Below are positions 12,341-24,750 of a DNA stretch of 58,201 nt, one piece after another (position 1 is the stretch's first letter; every line of letters starts with the position of its first letter). A model generated the notes under the pieces. The model was not told where the DNA came from. It made no database searches and worked only from the letters and a program-made list of their open reading frames with translations. This DNA comes from Rhina ancylostomus (Eukaryota): contig JARFYF010000001.1 of the NCBI GenBank assembly GCA_030265395.1, positions 97,084,241 to 97,142,441 of the forward strand, written 5' to 3'. The position numbers and the translations under genes are program-made.

Positions 12341-14174
12341 TTTTATTTGCTCATTTTCAATATTAACTGGAAAACCATGATCGCCTCCAACGTATTAGGT
12401 AATGTGAATTTCCTGCACGCAGCTTTTCCTTTAGGCAGGTAAACTGCTCTTTAGCTGAAAATAATGCTGATTTGTAACTTTCACTAAAATGTTCTCTGTA
12501 CTTCTGTAATGTACCCTTCAGATTATTCTTTGTCATCTACAGCATAACTTTTTCCATGTAAGGAACTCCCTGGAGACATTATTTAAATTTAACATTGGAA
12601 GTCACGTGAAGTAACTTCTTAAAAAAGTAATGAACAGCTTGCTTTATGGTTTATACCTTGGTTCTTGCATTGTGCCTTCAAGTTCCAAAATGTCCATGTG
12701 ACATCAATTGAATTGTATTTTACTGCATTATATCCTTATAATAAAGTTGTCAGTGAGGTTATACAATCTTTATGGTAGCAAAGAGGATGTTATAGAGAGG
12801 ATGATTTATAGGGTCTTGCTATTAATGAGCCATAAACAATGCATATGATATCAAAGCATGTGATATATCAGTGTGTCATAGTGAACAGCTACTGTATTCA
12901 TTTATCATCAATTTGAATACAGCCTCCAAGTTGACCAAACATCCTTTGATCCTGTTTGTTACATGCATATAGTTTCAGAATGAATATCCAGATCTAAATG
13001 ATCTTCTTATCCTAACATGCACTTGCAATTTGTTATTTTTCAGTAGCTTCTAAATATATCAAAATTTTATGGGTCACTACACTTCTGCATTTATGATGTT
13101 CACCTCTGTATGACATGCAGGTGTACTTTAGTTATACAGCCAAATGAACTTAGGGTTATTGAGAACATAAATTTCCATTGTGAGAATTTGAGTGTTATTA
13201 GTTTAAAGGCATTTTTGTAGCTTTCATGTCATACATGAAAAATGTTAGGTCACATCTTGAAACAGCAAAGCTCAAATTTATTTCATTGCTGTGTTTCCAA
13301 AAGATCAAAGATCTTTTTTTGTGTTGTTCTCTTCTAAGGAAGAATTGAAGTAGCTAAAATATTAAAAGCACATTCCAAACTGTGAACCATTTAATAAAAG
13401 GAGTTGCTAAGCACCTATAACAAACACTTGCAATTTGAAAGAGTATTCAAATAGGTCAAAATTAAAATAAATAAAAGATTTGGAGCAAGTACAAAAGTAA
13501 TTTCTAAGCAAGCTGAAGTTAAAATATTGCTTTGATAAATAACCTGATGTGGAGATATTGCAGTCAATAAGGATTTATGTGCAAGAATTGTGTGGCTTCA
13601 AAATGATATCATAAACATGAAAGGATTTACGATGTCAGTACACAGAGTTAACTAGAAGAGTTCTTTCCCATTTTATTTAAAGTGCATTAAATGTAGACAC
13701 CATAATCGTATTGGATTATCCTTTAATTAAACATGGTTTTCCTCACCATCAATTCCAAAAATGTTTTGTTCACTTTTAATATCTTTACTTTTCAACCAGT
13801 GTGGTGTTTTGACATATTTCTTATTAATTCATATATTATTTCTTAATGATGAATAACTTAAGACCAATTTTTTTTATTTATCAGAATCATTTATTATAAT
13901 GGATTCCAGGGGAAAATGAAAAAATATCTTTTGGTCATTTTTAAAGCCATAGACAATTAAGGTAGTAAATTTACGGTTGATTCTGTGGACAGTATCAGGA
14001 CAGCTCTCACATGAGGACTTCTGAATGAGGAACAGATCATCAAAAAGCAATAATAACAATTTAGAAGTTTAGAACTGCAAATTCATATTTTGAGGGGGAA
14101 AAATCTGGCTTCAATTCACTATCTCAATGAAATGAGAATTAAATGAGATTTTAAACAACCATTACTTGGTTGTT

Positions 14175-14395
14175 TAAAGGACGTAAAAGGTCCTCTGACA
14201 CCATAAGAAGAGAAAGATCAAGCGAATACTCTCTGATTTCAGCTAATGCTTATTTCATTAGTGTTTGTGGAAGCGCACTGTAAGCATCTCCCTATATTAC
14301 AAATGGTACACTTCAGAAGTACTTAATTGGATGTAAAAGTGCTTTGCAGTATTCTGAGGTCATAAAAGGTGTACATAAATTCCATCCTTCCTTAT
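14175..14395 (+). mobile_element. DeuSINE (SacSINE1/AmnSINE-like) Deu-domain and tail remnant
   Basis: ggacgtaaaaggtcc..., tgtttgtggaagc..., tacacttcagaagtacttaattggatgtaaaagtgctttg...ctgaggtcataaaaggtg matches the Deu-domain and tail as I recall them. Confidence 0.7.
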
Positions 14396-15034
14396 TTTCA
14401 ATATCACTAAGACAAGTTAAATGTTTCCGTTAATTTAGAACATAAGTTGGTCAGACTGCCACTATTATTCGCATGTGGCAAATATCCAGAAGGCAAAGTG
14501 CTGTTTTCCAGTCAGCAACTTATACAAAAAGGTGTTTTTGATTGNNNNNNNNNNNNNNNNNNNNNNNNNNNNNNNNNNNNNNNNNNNNNNNNNNNNNNNN
14601 NNNNNNNNNNNNNNNNNNNNNNNNNNNNNNNNNNNNNNNNNNNNGATTGAAAATTTCCATCAGGTCAATGCCATCAGTGCCAGAGTTCCTGCAGTGATGT
14701 AGGCATAAGCTCAGTCCGCAGGGTACTTGATTGCCTTTAGACTTTTATACCCAAACATCACTCATCTCCATTCTTCTCTCACCCCATCACTAAAACCTTC
14801 AGCTATGTCCTTAACATTATAAATTTTTCCAATGCTTTCTTCACTGACCTAATAAAATCCGCTCCACAAAAATTTGAACATATATTTAGAACCCAGTCAA
14901 GTGCATATTATTCCATATTAAGTCCATTTATGTATTATCATAGCTCCCACTGGCTTTCCTGGTTTCCTGTTGCAGATCACAAATGTCAGATCTTCAAAAT
15001 GCACTACAGTCTCTTCCCCAGGCTACTCCTATAG

Positions 15035-15313
15035 CAGCTCCCAAATCCGCCATCTCTGCCACCAAGAAAGATAAGGGCAGTAGCTACATGGGATCACCAC
15101 CCCCTTAAGGTTCCACTCCAAGTTGCACACCATCCTGACTTGGAAATGTATCGCTTTTCCATCCTTGTCGCTGAGCCTAAATCCTGGAACTCCCTACCCA
15201 ACAGTATTGCGGGAGTACTTTCACCAGAAGAACTTCAAAATTTCAAGAAGGTGGCTCACTACTACCATCTCAGGGGCTGTTATAGATGGGTAATAAGTGC
15301 TGGCCTTGCCAGC
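15035..15313 (+). mobile_element. Elasmobranch CR1/L2-group LINE 3' end
   Basis: caccatcctgacttggaaatgtatcgc...aaatcctggaactccctacccaacag...ttcaagaaggtggctcac...gatgggtaataagtgctggccttgccagc. The same tail recurs at 25020-25080. Confidence 0.75.
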
Positions 15314-15319
15314 ATCAAC

Positions 15320-15718
15320 TATGCAGCCCAGTCCATTGTGCAAACCAGCTTCCACTTCATTGGCTCTGTCTACACTTCCCGCTGCTTCAGGAAAGCAGCA
15401 ACATAATCCCCCTCCCACCCCAGTTGTTCTTCTATCCCGCTGTTACTAGACTCCTGAATGGACCTTGAATGGATCTTGAGTGGCTGAAAGATGAACTCTT
15501 GATCTCCGAATCTAACTTATCGTGGCCCTTGCACTTTTTTTTGTCGACCTGCACTGCACCTTCTCTGCAACTGTAACACTATATTCTGCATTTTGTTTTC
15601 CTTTTTACAGCCTCGATGTACATATGTATGTAATGATCTGTCTGGGTGGCACGCAAACCAAAGCTTTTCACTGTATCTCACTCAGTACCAATGACAATAA
15701 TAAGCCAATACCAGTATA
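15320..15718 (+). mobile_element. Rex-Babar-like LINE 3' fragment
   Basis: AAQSIVQTS..IGSVYTSRCFRKAA peptide, then a 3' UTR ending gacaataataagccaataccag. Similar to 22515-22880. Confidence 0.8.
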
Positions 15719-17749
15719 TGAATAATTTTAAAAATGTTATTTATGGTTTATTATTTCTGTTATCACCCAATGCATTGCAGCTTTCTCAAACTCGATGTTG
15801 TAGCTTACGGCCTCACCTAACTCTGGACTAAGCATCTCTCTTCTCCCTGTGTTTCACCACAAAGCCAGGGTCTTTAGTCACCATGGCTCTCAACAGTCTT
15901 TTCCATAAATCCTCTCATCTTCCTACAGATCTTTCTATTTTTGAAAGTGTCCCTTAAATCTTTTTTTTATTTTCTGTTACCTTGTCTGGATTTTAGTAGT
16001 TATGTGATCTAAGTTCCAAAAACGATCATAGCTTGCTTTATTGTATATACCCTGGTTCTTGTCTGGTTTTCCTCTTGCCCCACTTTTTTATGAAGCACTT
16101 AGGAGAGTTTTGTTAAACTGCATTGTGAACATAAACTGTTGGCCCCCTTTTTGCTCTAGATCTCAGTTACAGATCATTCTTCAGTATACAAGAATTTCAA
16201 CAACAGTTTTTTGTAGCATGTCACAACTTTGTTATACCTGGTATTGGAGAGCAAATTGAAGCTATTTTTCAGTCTGTATATTTTCAATAAACTTAAAAAA
16301 ATTCCATACAATCCAGCTTCTGTAACTAAAGATTTTCATTCTGAATACTAACACCACGGTAGATGGTGGTGCATCCAAATCTCACAGTGGAAGCAATGGT
16401 GGCCTTCTATAAAAGTGCTCTTCACAAGTTAAGTTACAAACAGAAAAAAAAAAATCAGATTGTAATAATGGCTTTAGAAAGGCCAAGCAAGTTACCTGGA
16501 CTTTTAGAAATCCTTCTTGGTAAGGTATTCTCACAATCTCCATTATTTATATTTGGCATAATGTTAACTGCCTTAAAGGAATTGCAGAATTTAGAGGAAA
16601 TAAAGTTAGCCAGAGGTAGAGAAAATGAGGGACTTTTACACTGGTGTAGATCGAACTTCATCAGGCCCTGTCCTCATGGTTGAAGACCACCAACTGAATG
16701 CCTCCTCACAACCAACATTGTTCCTATGGGCACAGTAACTCTCCGCAGCACTGCAGGTTAGAGGAGCTCCAGGTTGTTTCCCAAAGTGGAGCGGTGCACA
16801 AACAGCAACTGGGCCTCTGATGTTGGACCCGGAGCCCACCCCACCCCCTATCCCTTGACAACCTTTTGACAGCTCTCCGGAATTATGAAATAATTAAGAA
16901 TGCTAATGTTGATTAAAATAAGGAAAACAAAACACTCACTTGCACTTGTCTTTCCATCCAAATCAGTGAACCCGTTCAGATGAGTGGGATCATGCTCCAA
17001 TATCAGCCATGAATGGCGTTACGCTGAGGGGCTGAATATATAACTGAGGGGACACTAAGTCCAGCGGTGGGGTGGGAGACCAAATGCACCGGCATCTGCC
17101 TTTCAGCACGTTCCAGGCTTCCACATTGCAATGTGGAGGCACATACCTGGGCACTGCAGCTAGCTGACAGTTCTCCACAAGCAACACAATCCGGCCCATT
17201 GTATCTACATATCCCAAACACAAATGTTTTAACAATCTTTTCGTTATCTTTCACTTCCTCCATTGAAAATATAGCAACTGTGTCACAAAAGTTCAATTAT
17301 GCATCCTTTGCGTGGCTTAAAGGCTATTCCCTTCATGTCTTAAGAATATTAGAATATTTTTAAAAAGGAACAATGTGGAATTGCAACTCATCTCACTTGC
17401 CATGTCAATTAAATTTATCTTCACATTCACTATTCAGCTCCTTCAATGACAAGCGTCCTCTTAAATGAGTCTGCCTCCACTTAAATACTGGCCATACCAT
17501 TCCATCTACTTAAGTTTCCTTTGTGTTTTTTTTAAGCTTAGAGCCTTTTCTTGTATTTCTCTTCTTATCAACAGACAGAAACCTCTATTCATTTTATCAC
17601 TTCTTTTCACCGTTTAAAAAACTTGGATCATGCCTCTCACATCCCCTCCATTGTTTGTAAGATGTAGATTTTTTCTGGTTTCTAAACAAATCTAAACTAA
17701 TTCATTCTATACTTCCAGCCAGGAAGATCTTTTGATCGGAGATATGGAA

Positions 17750-18170
17750 CTGTTTCCAGGTGAAGCAGCCATTTAATTGTATTTCTTCCAAATTAGTGTC
17801 CTGTATTTGGTGCTCACACTGTGGTCTTCTCTTCAATGGGGACACCAAATGCAAATTAGTTGAGCTCTTGGCAGATTATGTGACCCTGAGCTTCCATGTG
17901 ATTATTACTTTAATATTCCATATCACTCCCACTCAGACCTCTTTTTCTTTGATCTCCTTTAATGTTACAATCAAGCTCAATACAAATTTGATGTACACCA
18001 CTTCTTCTGACAAGGCACATAATAGCCTTCCATACTCAACACTGATTTCAGCAATTTCAGATGATCAGCTATTTCCATATCTTCAGTGTACAGGAGACCG
18101 CATTGTGAGCACCAGTTGCAGGACACTAATGTGGAAGATGTACAATTAAATTGCTGCTTCACTTAGAAAA
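17750..18170. mobile_element. Penelope-like (GIY-YIG) fragments in inverted orientation
   Basis: + strand VKQPFNCISSKLVSCIWCSHCGLLFNGDTK and - strand VKQQFNCTSSTLVSCNWCSQCGLLYTED both match the PLE motif F.C.S.N.VYCI.C..CGL.YIGET. Confidence 0.85.
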
Positions 18171-18761
18171 GGTGCCATGCCTTTATCTCCCTATCAGGTA
18201 ATGCTCTACTTCTGGAGGGAAACTGAAGTCAAAAGGGTGAATAATAATTGCTAGTGTTATAGCTTTAACTGAACAATATATCTTAATGGGGACATAAATA
18301 AGATTTTGGGAACAAACATCAGCATACAATAAAATGTATTGAAAGCAAACAGAGTAGAAAAAAAATCAATGGGACATGGCTACTCAAAAGAAGGGTTCAA
18401 GCATAAGGGAAGAAATGCAGAGGGAAAAATGAAAGCTGAAATACAGTGTAGTGACCTCCAGTTTTTCCCTAAAGTGTAAATGTTTGCTGATTCATACCTG
18501 TAGTTCCCTACTATTGTTCACACACCAAATAAAGCAGATCGCGAATGGAGAGGACAGGACCAGTTTAATGATTGCACATTACAAGTAAAGAATTTCACCT
18601 ACTGGCAAATGAGGAATTCACAGATCATTACCCAGAATTTTCTATCCCAAAGATCATAGATGTCTCCAAAACAAACGGTTGGTGAGCCAAGCCCCCCTGG
18701 ATAGCACACATTTGTAAAACATTTTTTTTTAAGTGTTTCCCAGCGAAGATGTAAAATAGTT

Positions 18762-19880
18762 GTCAGCAGCAACTTTTTGTTTTTATTTAGCTCCTCCAAC
18801 ATGGAAAAACATCCCATAGAGCTTCTTAAGGACCCAATCAGACAAAAATAGAAGTCAGAACCAAGAAGTGAGTTTTAGTAAGGGTTTTAAGGTACGTTTT
18901 AAGGAGGATACTTAAGGATGAGAGGAGATGGAGTTGTTTGTGGAAGGATTCCATAACTTTGACCCCAGACAGTAGAAGGACCAGCTGCCAGTAGTGAGTG
19001 AAGGAGGACGGAGTAAAATGAGAGGCCAAGGTTTAAGAAATAATATTTTATGATAATGTAGGTTATTGGATGGAAATTTAGATATAAGCTTTGGGATTTT
19101 AAATTTAAGGGTATTGGAGGATGAGGGCTCAATGTAGCTTGGCAGCAACAGTAGTGTTGGGTGAGTGAGACCTGTCTTCGGAACACGATACACATGGAAA
19201 AGTTTGGCTTGCGCTGAAGTTTACAGAAGGTGGAAACTAGAAGACAGTCTTTGACCAAAACTAGATATGACAAAAGACTGGGTGAGGGTTGCAAGGGGGT
19301 TGGGGGGGAAGAAGACAGACTTCGTGATGGAGAGAATATCCGATTCATAACTCAGCTGAGAATCTCGGAATCCAAATCAGGTTTATTATCACTGATTTAT
19401 ATGTTATGTGGCAGCAGTACTGTGCAAAGATAAAATTACTATAAGTTGCAAAATAAATAAATAGTGCAACAATAGGAATAACGAAGCAGTGTTCGTGGAC
19501 CATTCAGAAATCTGATAGCGGAGGGGAAGGGGCTGATCCTAAATCGTTGACTGTGGATCTAGAGGCTCCTGTACCTCCTCCCAGATGGTAGTAATAAAAA
19601 GAGGGCATGTCCCCAGGGATGTGTCCTCAGTGCTGAATCTATTAGGATGCTGTGATTTTGAGCAGTCTTATTCAGTCTGACATGATAGTTGTGGAGGTTA
19701 TTGACATGGAGGCAACAAAGCTTGTATCAGTACTCAAACAAAATGGCATCAGTCATCTCAATGAGTAAATTGTCTGTGACCAAGCAATCAACCGATACAG
19801 AGCAAGTGTAGAGGTTTCAGGCAATAGTAGAGGTATAGAGTTGCATGTTATAGGGATGTTTATGGAGACCTGTGGCTGTA
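18762..19880 (-). mobile_element. L2 LINE 3' region (interrupted by Rex-Babar at 19365-19615)
   Basis: Reverse complement of an L2 tail at about 18765-18830, followed by gaaggattccataactttgaccccagacagtagaagg, typical of the elasmobranch L2 ORF2 end. Confidence 0.65.
19360..19615 (-). mobile_element. Rex-Babar-like LINE 3' end
   Basis: gaatccaaatcaggtttattatcactga tail, and ggctcctgtacctcctcccagatggtag...gagggcatgtccc (reverse of GHALF.LLPSGRRYRSL). Confidence 0.8.
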
Positions 19881-20240
19881 ATCAAGGGGCTGCTTCCCCC
19901 ACCCCAATAGAAAAGTACATTTATTGTTCATGTCCTTCCAGGCTTGCTTCAGCCTGGTTACTTACCACTAAAGCCTGAGTTTAAATGTAAATGAGTGGTG
20001 CCATTTGACCCAGTGAGCACAATTAAAGATGGATTTTGACTTGCTGAGATCTGTATTGTATTGCCATCAGTGCAATCAGTTACGCCGCCTGCAAGTGATG
20101 ACATTGAATCACAAATGCCTATTCCTACATTGGACTGCTGNNNNNNNNNNNNNNNNNNNNNNNNNNNNNNNNNNNNNNNNNNNNNNNNNNNNNNNNNNNN
20201 NNNNNNNNNNNNNNNNNNNNNNNNNNNNNNNNNNNNNNNN

Positions 20241-20400
20241 GCAGCCGTAACAGTGTCCCTGACCAGTATCGCCACCCCTCCTCCTCTTCTCCCACCTTCC
20301 CTATCCCTTTTAAAACATTGAAAACCAGGAACATTCAATATCCACTCCTGCCCTGATGTCAGCCATGTTTCTGTAATAGCCACGATATCAAAGTCCCCCA
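20241..20400 (-). mobile_element. CR1 ORF2 APE endonuclease N-terminal fragment
   Basis: DFDIVAITETWLTSGQEWILNVPGFQCFKRDREGGRRGGGVAILVRD. Runs into an N-gap. Confidence 0.9.
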
Positions 20401-20507
20401 TACTTCTTCTATGAATATGACAGTTTAGATGAAAATAAATTTGCTGAGAAATTTTATAGATTGCTTAAGCAGATGCAACTCCCTTAAACAGAGCATCAAT
20501 CATCTGA

Positions 20508-20675
20508 ATAGAAATTGGTGTAAATACCCAGCAGGCCAGGCTGCATCTAGGGAAAGAGAAACCAGTTCTGACGAAGGGTCTTTGACCTGAAACATTAACT
20601 GTTTCTCTTCCCACAAATGTCATATATCCTACTGAGCATTTTACAGCATTTTCCATTTTTATTTTAATTTTCAGC
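20508..20675. mobile_element. Penelope-like terminal fragments in inverted arrangement with a hammerhead-ribozyme core
   Basis: 20510-20562 is the reverse of 20600-20660. Between them lies CTGACGA-AGGGTC-TTT-GACCT-GAAAC (20568-20593). Confidence 0.75.
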
Positions 20676-21639
20676 AGTCATCTGAAGATTGCTGATAATG
20701 AGGTCTGGCAAAAAAGGACAGCATAATCAGTACCTAATGTGTTAGACTCAAATGACCTGATTGAGTGTATCTTAATCCTTTATTACAGATATATAAAGAT
20801 ATATTTACTCTATATGTAAGACCAAGAAGGTATTCCATTGGATTTCTTTTCTATTGCATTGTTTAGTTGTATTGAAGTAGCAACAAAAGAACTTGCAAGT
20901 TTGATCAGTTGATGAAGTTTGTGTGACTGTTGCAGGACACCACAGATCTCCAAGAAATGGCACAAGTCCACCACTACAATGGATAAAGGGAAACCCACAC
21001 TATAAACCCTGATGAGTCTTTGTGGGCAGATTTCACCAAAGTCAGTGATGAGTACAAACCCTCAATCGAATGGAAAATCTAAGCTATTTTGTGTTTGCAT
21101 GCAGAATGCAAGGAAAAGTTATAAATGGTAATTAAGGGTACGGATCCATTAAAGAAACTGAGGAGGAACTATGCATGGTTGGATATGGTGCTTGGCATGA
21201 TTCTCCTGTAGGATGCTTGGGATTACTTATGTGATGAAATGAGGAAGTATGGACTATTTAGCCCCTTGAGCCTGGTCTGCATTTCATAGAAGTAGAAAAG
21301 AAAGAAAGAAACATACCCTGGTGGTTGAAGCCAGTAAGAACGTGTAGCAGGTCATTTGGTCTCCTGAACTTGCTTCATGACTGATTAGGAGTGTACTTCC
21401 AAATGCCATTTTTGCTCCCTATCTCTTGATGCCCTAACTTAACGATTTCTCTCATAAAATGAAAGGCTTAAAATTGGCAGTTTGGATAAAATAAATTATA
21501 TAAACATAAAATACAGGAATAGGAGCATGTTCTGCCATTCAATATGATTGTGGCTGATCGTCCAAATTCAGTGCTCTGTTCCTGCTTTCTCCACTTTGCC
21601 TTTGATCCTTTTGGCCCCAAGAACTATATATAACTCCTT

Positions 21640-22400
21640 AGAGTCATAGAGACAAACAGCACAGAAGCAGACCTTTTGGTCCACCATGTCCATGCTGGCC
21701 TTTTTGCCCATGCGTAAATCCCGTTTGCCTGCTTTAGGGCCATATTCTTCTATGCCTTGCCTATTTAAGTGTCTGTTTAAATCCCCCTTAAACATAGTGA
21801 TTGTAGTTGATTTCACTACCTCTACTGTCAGCAGGTTTCAGATATCAACCACCCTCTGGGTAAAAAAAAACTTACCCTCAGACCCCTTTAAAACTCCTTC
21901 CTGTCACAAACTATGCCCTCTTGTTTTTGATGGCCCTACCATTGGAAAAAGGTTTTGGCTATTTACCTTATCTATGTCTCTTATAATCTTATATACTGCT
22001 ATCAGGTCATGCCTCAGCCTCATTTGTTCCAGAGAAAACAAGCCCAGCCTATCCAATCTCTTCCCTTAATCAAAGTCCTCCAATCCAGGCAACATCCTGG
22101 TGAATCTGCTCTGCACCATCTCTGGCACATTCACATTCTTCAATGTATCCTGAATTCCATATGCTCTATGTTCTTCTCTTTGGTAAATACAGATAAGAAG
22201 TATTCAGTTAGGATCTTACCCACCTCCCCTGGCTCCACACATAGATAACCTCTTTGGTCACTCCTATTTCAGAATGACTCAGAATTCTCCTTAATCTTAC
22301 CTGCCAAGGATATTTCATGGCCTCTTTTTGCCCTCCTAATTTCTTTCTTAAGCACTCTCCAGCACCGTCTATATTCCTCATGGAACTTACTCAATTGTAG
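21640..22400 (-). mobile_element. HER1/CR1 fragments inserted in the older CR1
   Basis: Own tail agagtcatagag...acagcacagaagcagacc at 21640. Contains LKKEIRRAKRGHEISLAGKIKEN (CR1 ORF2 linker). Confidence 0.8.
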
Positions 22401-22514
22401 TATATTGAATATTTTTAATGACTTGGCTTCAATTGTCTTCTGTGGTAGAGAATTATACAGGTTTACCACCTTCAGCTTGAAGAAATTTCGCCTCATCTCA
22501 GTCCTATATGGCCT

Positions 22515-22880
22515 CGGTAAAGCAGCCAACATAATCAAAGACACCTCTCACCCTGGACATTTTCTCTTCTCCCCTCTCCCATCGAGCAGAAGATACAAAA
22601 AGCTTGAAAACACATACCACCAGGCTCAAGGACAGCTTCTATCCCACTGTTATAAGACCATTGAACAGACCTTTTGTACATTAAGATGGACTCTTGACCT
22701 CACAATGAACTATGTTATGGCCTTGTACCTTTATCCTCTGCCTGCACTTTCTNNNNNNNNNNGCTTTTCCCTTGTACCACCTCAATGTGCTGATGTAATG
22801 AAATGATCTGTATGGATGGCATGCAAAACAAAGTTCTTTACTGTACCTTGGTACACGTGACAATAATAAACCAATTTACC
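22515..22880 (+). mobile_element. Rex-Babar-like LINE 3' fragment inserted in CR1
   Basis: GKAANIIKDTSHPGHFLFSPLPSSRRYK peptide; tail gtgacaataataaaccaattt. Confidence 0.85.
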
Positions 22881-23984
22881 CCTTATCCATAGTCTCTGAC
22901 CTCGGGTCATGAACTCCCACACCATCAAGAACATCCTTTCTACACCTAGTGAATCCAGTACTGTTTGAATTTTGTAGGTTTATATCAGATCCCCTCTCAT
23001 TCTTCTAAACTCTACAAAATATAGGAATCATCAACCCAATCTCCCTTCATACATCATTCCTACCATTTCAGGAATCAGTCCAGTGAACCTTTGTAGCACT
23101 CATTCCATAGCAAGAACATCTTTCATCAGGTAAGGCGATCAAAACTGCACACAATACTCAAGGGGTGGTCCCAGTACAAGTGCAGCAAGACACCCCTGCC
23201 TCGGTACTCAAATCCTCCTGCAATGAAAGCCAATATACCATTTGCCTTAAGTGCCCACTGCACCTGCTTGCTTACCTTAAGTGCATAAGGATACCCAGAT
23301 CCTGTTGCACTTCCCCCTTTCCCAACCTACGGCCATTCAGATAATAACCTGCCTTCCTGTTTTTGCCACCAAAGAGATAAACCTCAGATTTATCCAAATT
23401 ATACTGCACCTGCCACACATTTGCTCACCACTTTAACCCGCCCAAATTGCTCTGCATCCTCCTCACAGTTCGAACACCTACCCAGCTTTGTGTCATTAGT
23501 AAACTTTGATATATTACATTTAATTCCCTCATTTAAATAATTAATGAATATTGTAAATAGTTGCAGAACTGGCACTGATCCCTTCAGGACCCCTTTAGTT
23601 ACTTCCTATCACTTTTAAAAACTACCAGTTTAATACTACTCTTTGTTTCCTATCTGCCAGCTAGTTCTCTGTCCATGTCAATATCTTACCCAGTCCCATG
23701 TACTTTAATTTTGCACATTGATCTCTTATATGGAATCTTATTGAAAGTTTTCTAAATGCACCACATCTACTCATTCCCCTTCATCTATTCTACTAGTTAT
23801 ATCCTCAAAAAAATTACAGTCAGGTTTTCATGCATGATTTCCCTTTCATAAATTCATGTTGTCTTTGTCTGATCTTGTCACTGTTTCCCCAGTGCTCTGC
23901 TATTACATCTTTTATAGTGATATGAATAAAATAAAATTAGTAAGGTTTATACTTAATAAGGAATCTGACTTCCTGATGACATAT

Positions 23985-24750
23985 ATATTGACTTTATAGG
24001 AGTCTATAAAAGGATGAGGGGCATTGATGGTCTAAGTCTTTTTCCCAGGGCAGGGGAGTCTAGAACTCAAGGGCTCAGGTTTAAAATGAGAGGGGAGTAA
24101 TTTAAAGGTGAGCTGAGGACAAGCTTTTCACAGAGGGTGGTGGGTACATGGAACGAGCTGCCAGAAGAGGTAGTAGACTCAGATACAATGCAATTTTTAG
24201 AAGGCATTTGGATACATACTTGGATAGGAAAGTAGTAGAAGGATATGAGCCTAATGCCCAGAGGAGCTTCGCCAGGTTGATTTGTGAGATGAGGGGGTCA
24301 GCCTATGAAGAGAGATTGAGTCACCCGGGACTATACTCACTGGAATTCAGAAGAATGAGAGGGGATCTTATAGAAACATACAAAATTATGAAAGGGATAG
24401 ATAAGATAGAGGCATGAAGGTTGTTTCCACTGGTAGATGATACTAGAACTAGGAGACATAGCCTCAAGATTCGGGGGAGTAAATTTAGGATGGAGATGAG
24501 GAGAAACTGCTCTTTGCAGAGATTAGTCAATCTGTGGAATTCTCTGCCCAGGGAAGCAGTAAAAACTACCTCATTAAACATATTTAAGACACAGATAGAT
24601 TTTTGCATAGCAGGGGAATTAAGGGTTATGGGGAAAAGGCAGGTATATGGATCTGAGTCAATGGCCAGATCAACCATGATCTTATTGAATGGCAAAGCAG
24701 GCTCAACAGGCCAGATGGCCTACTCCTGCTCTTAGTTCTTATGTTCTTAA
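23985..24750 (+). mobile_element. Two tandem CR1 3' fragments (junction near 24257), the second with an intact tail
   Basis: QRSFARLI..MRG.AYEERL..GLYSLEFRRMRGDLIETYKIMKG and TRRHSLKIRGSKFR.EMRRN..QR.VNLWNSLP peptides; tail ttcttagttcttatgttctta. Confidence 0.9.

Larger units (their letters stand above)
14745..16140 (+). mobile_element. Old L2 LINE 3' region, interrupted by two younger insertions
   Basis: Ends in an L2-type tail (tgaagcacttaggagagttttgttaaactgcattgtgaacataaactgtt). Degraded L2 ORF2-end similarity at 14745-15000 and 15800-16000. Confidence 0.55.
21500..23920 (-). mobile_element. CR1 LINE (RT half and tail) hosting nested insertions
   Basis: Tail at about 21503. Continuous CR1 sequence resumes at 22405 (TEMRRNFF..KVVNLYNSLPQK.IEAKSL on -) and again at 22880, running to about 23920. 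Confidence 0.85.
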
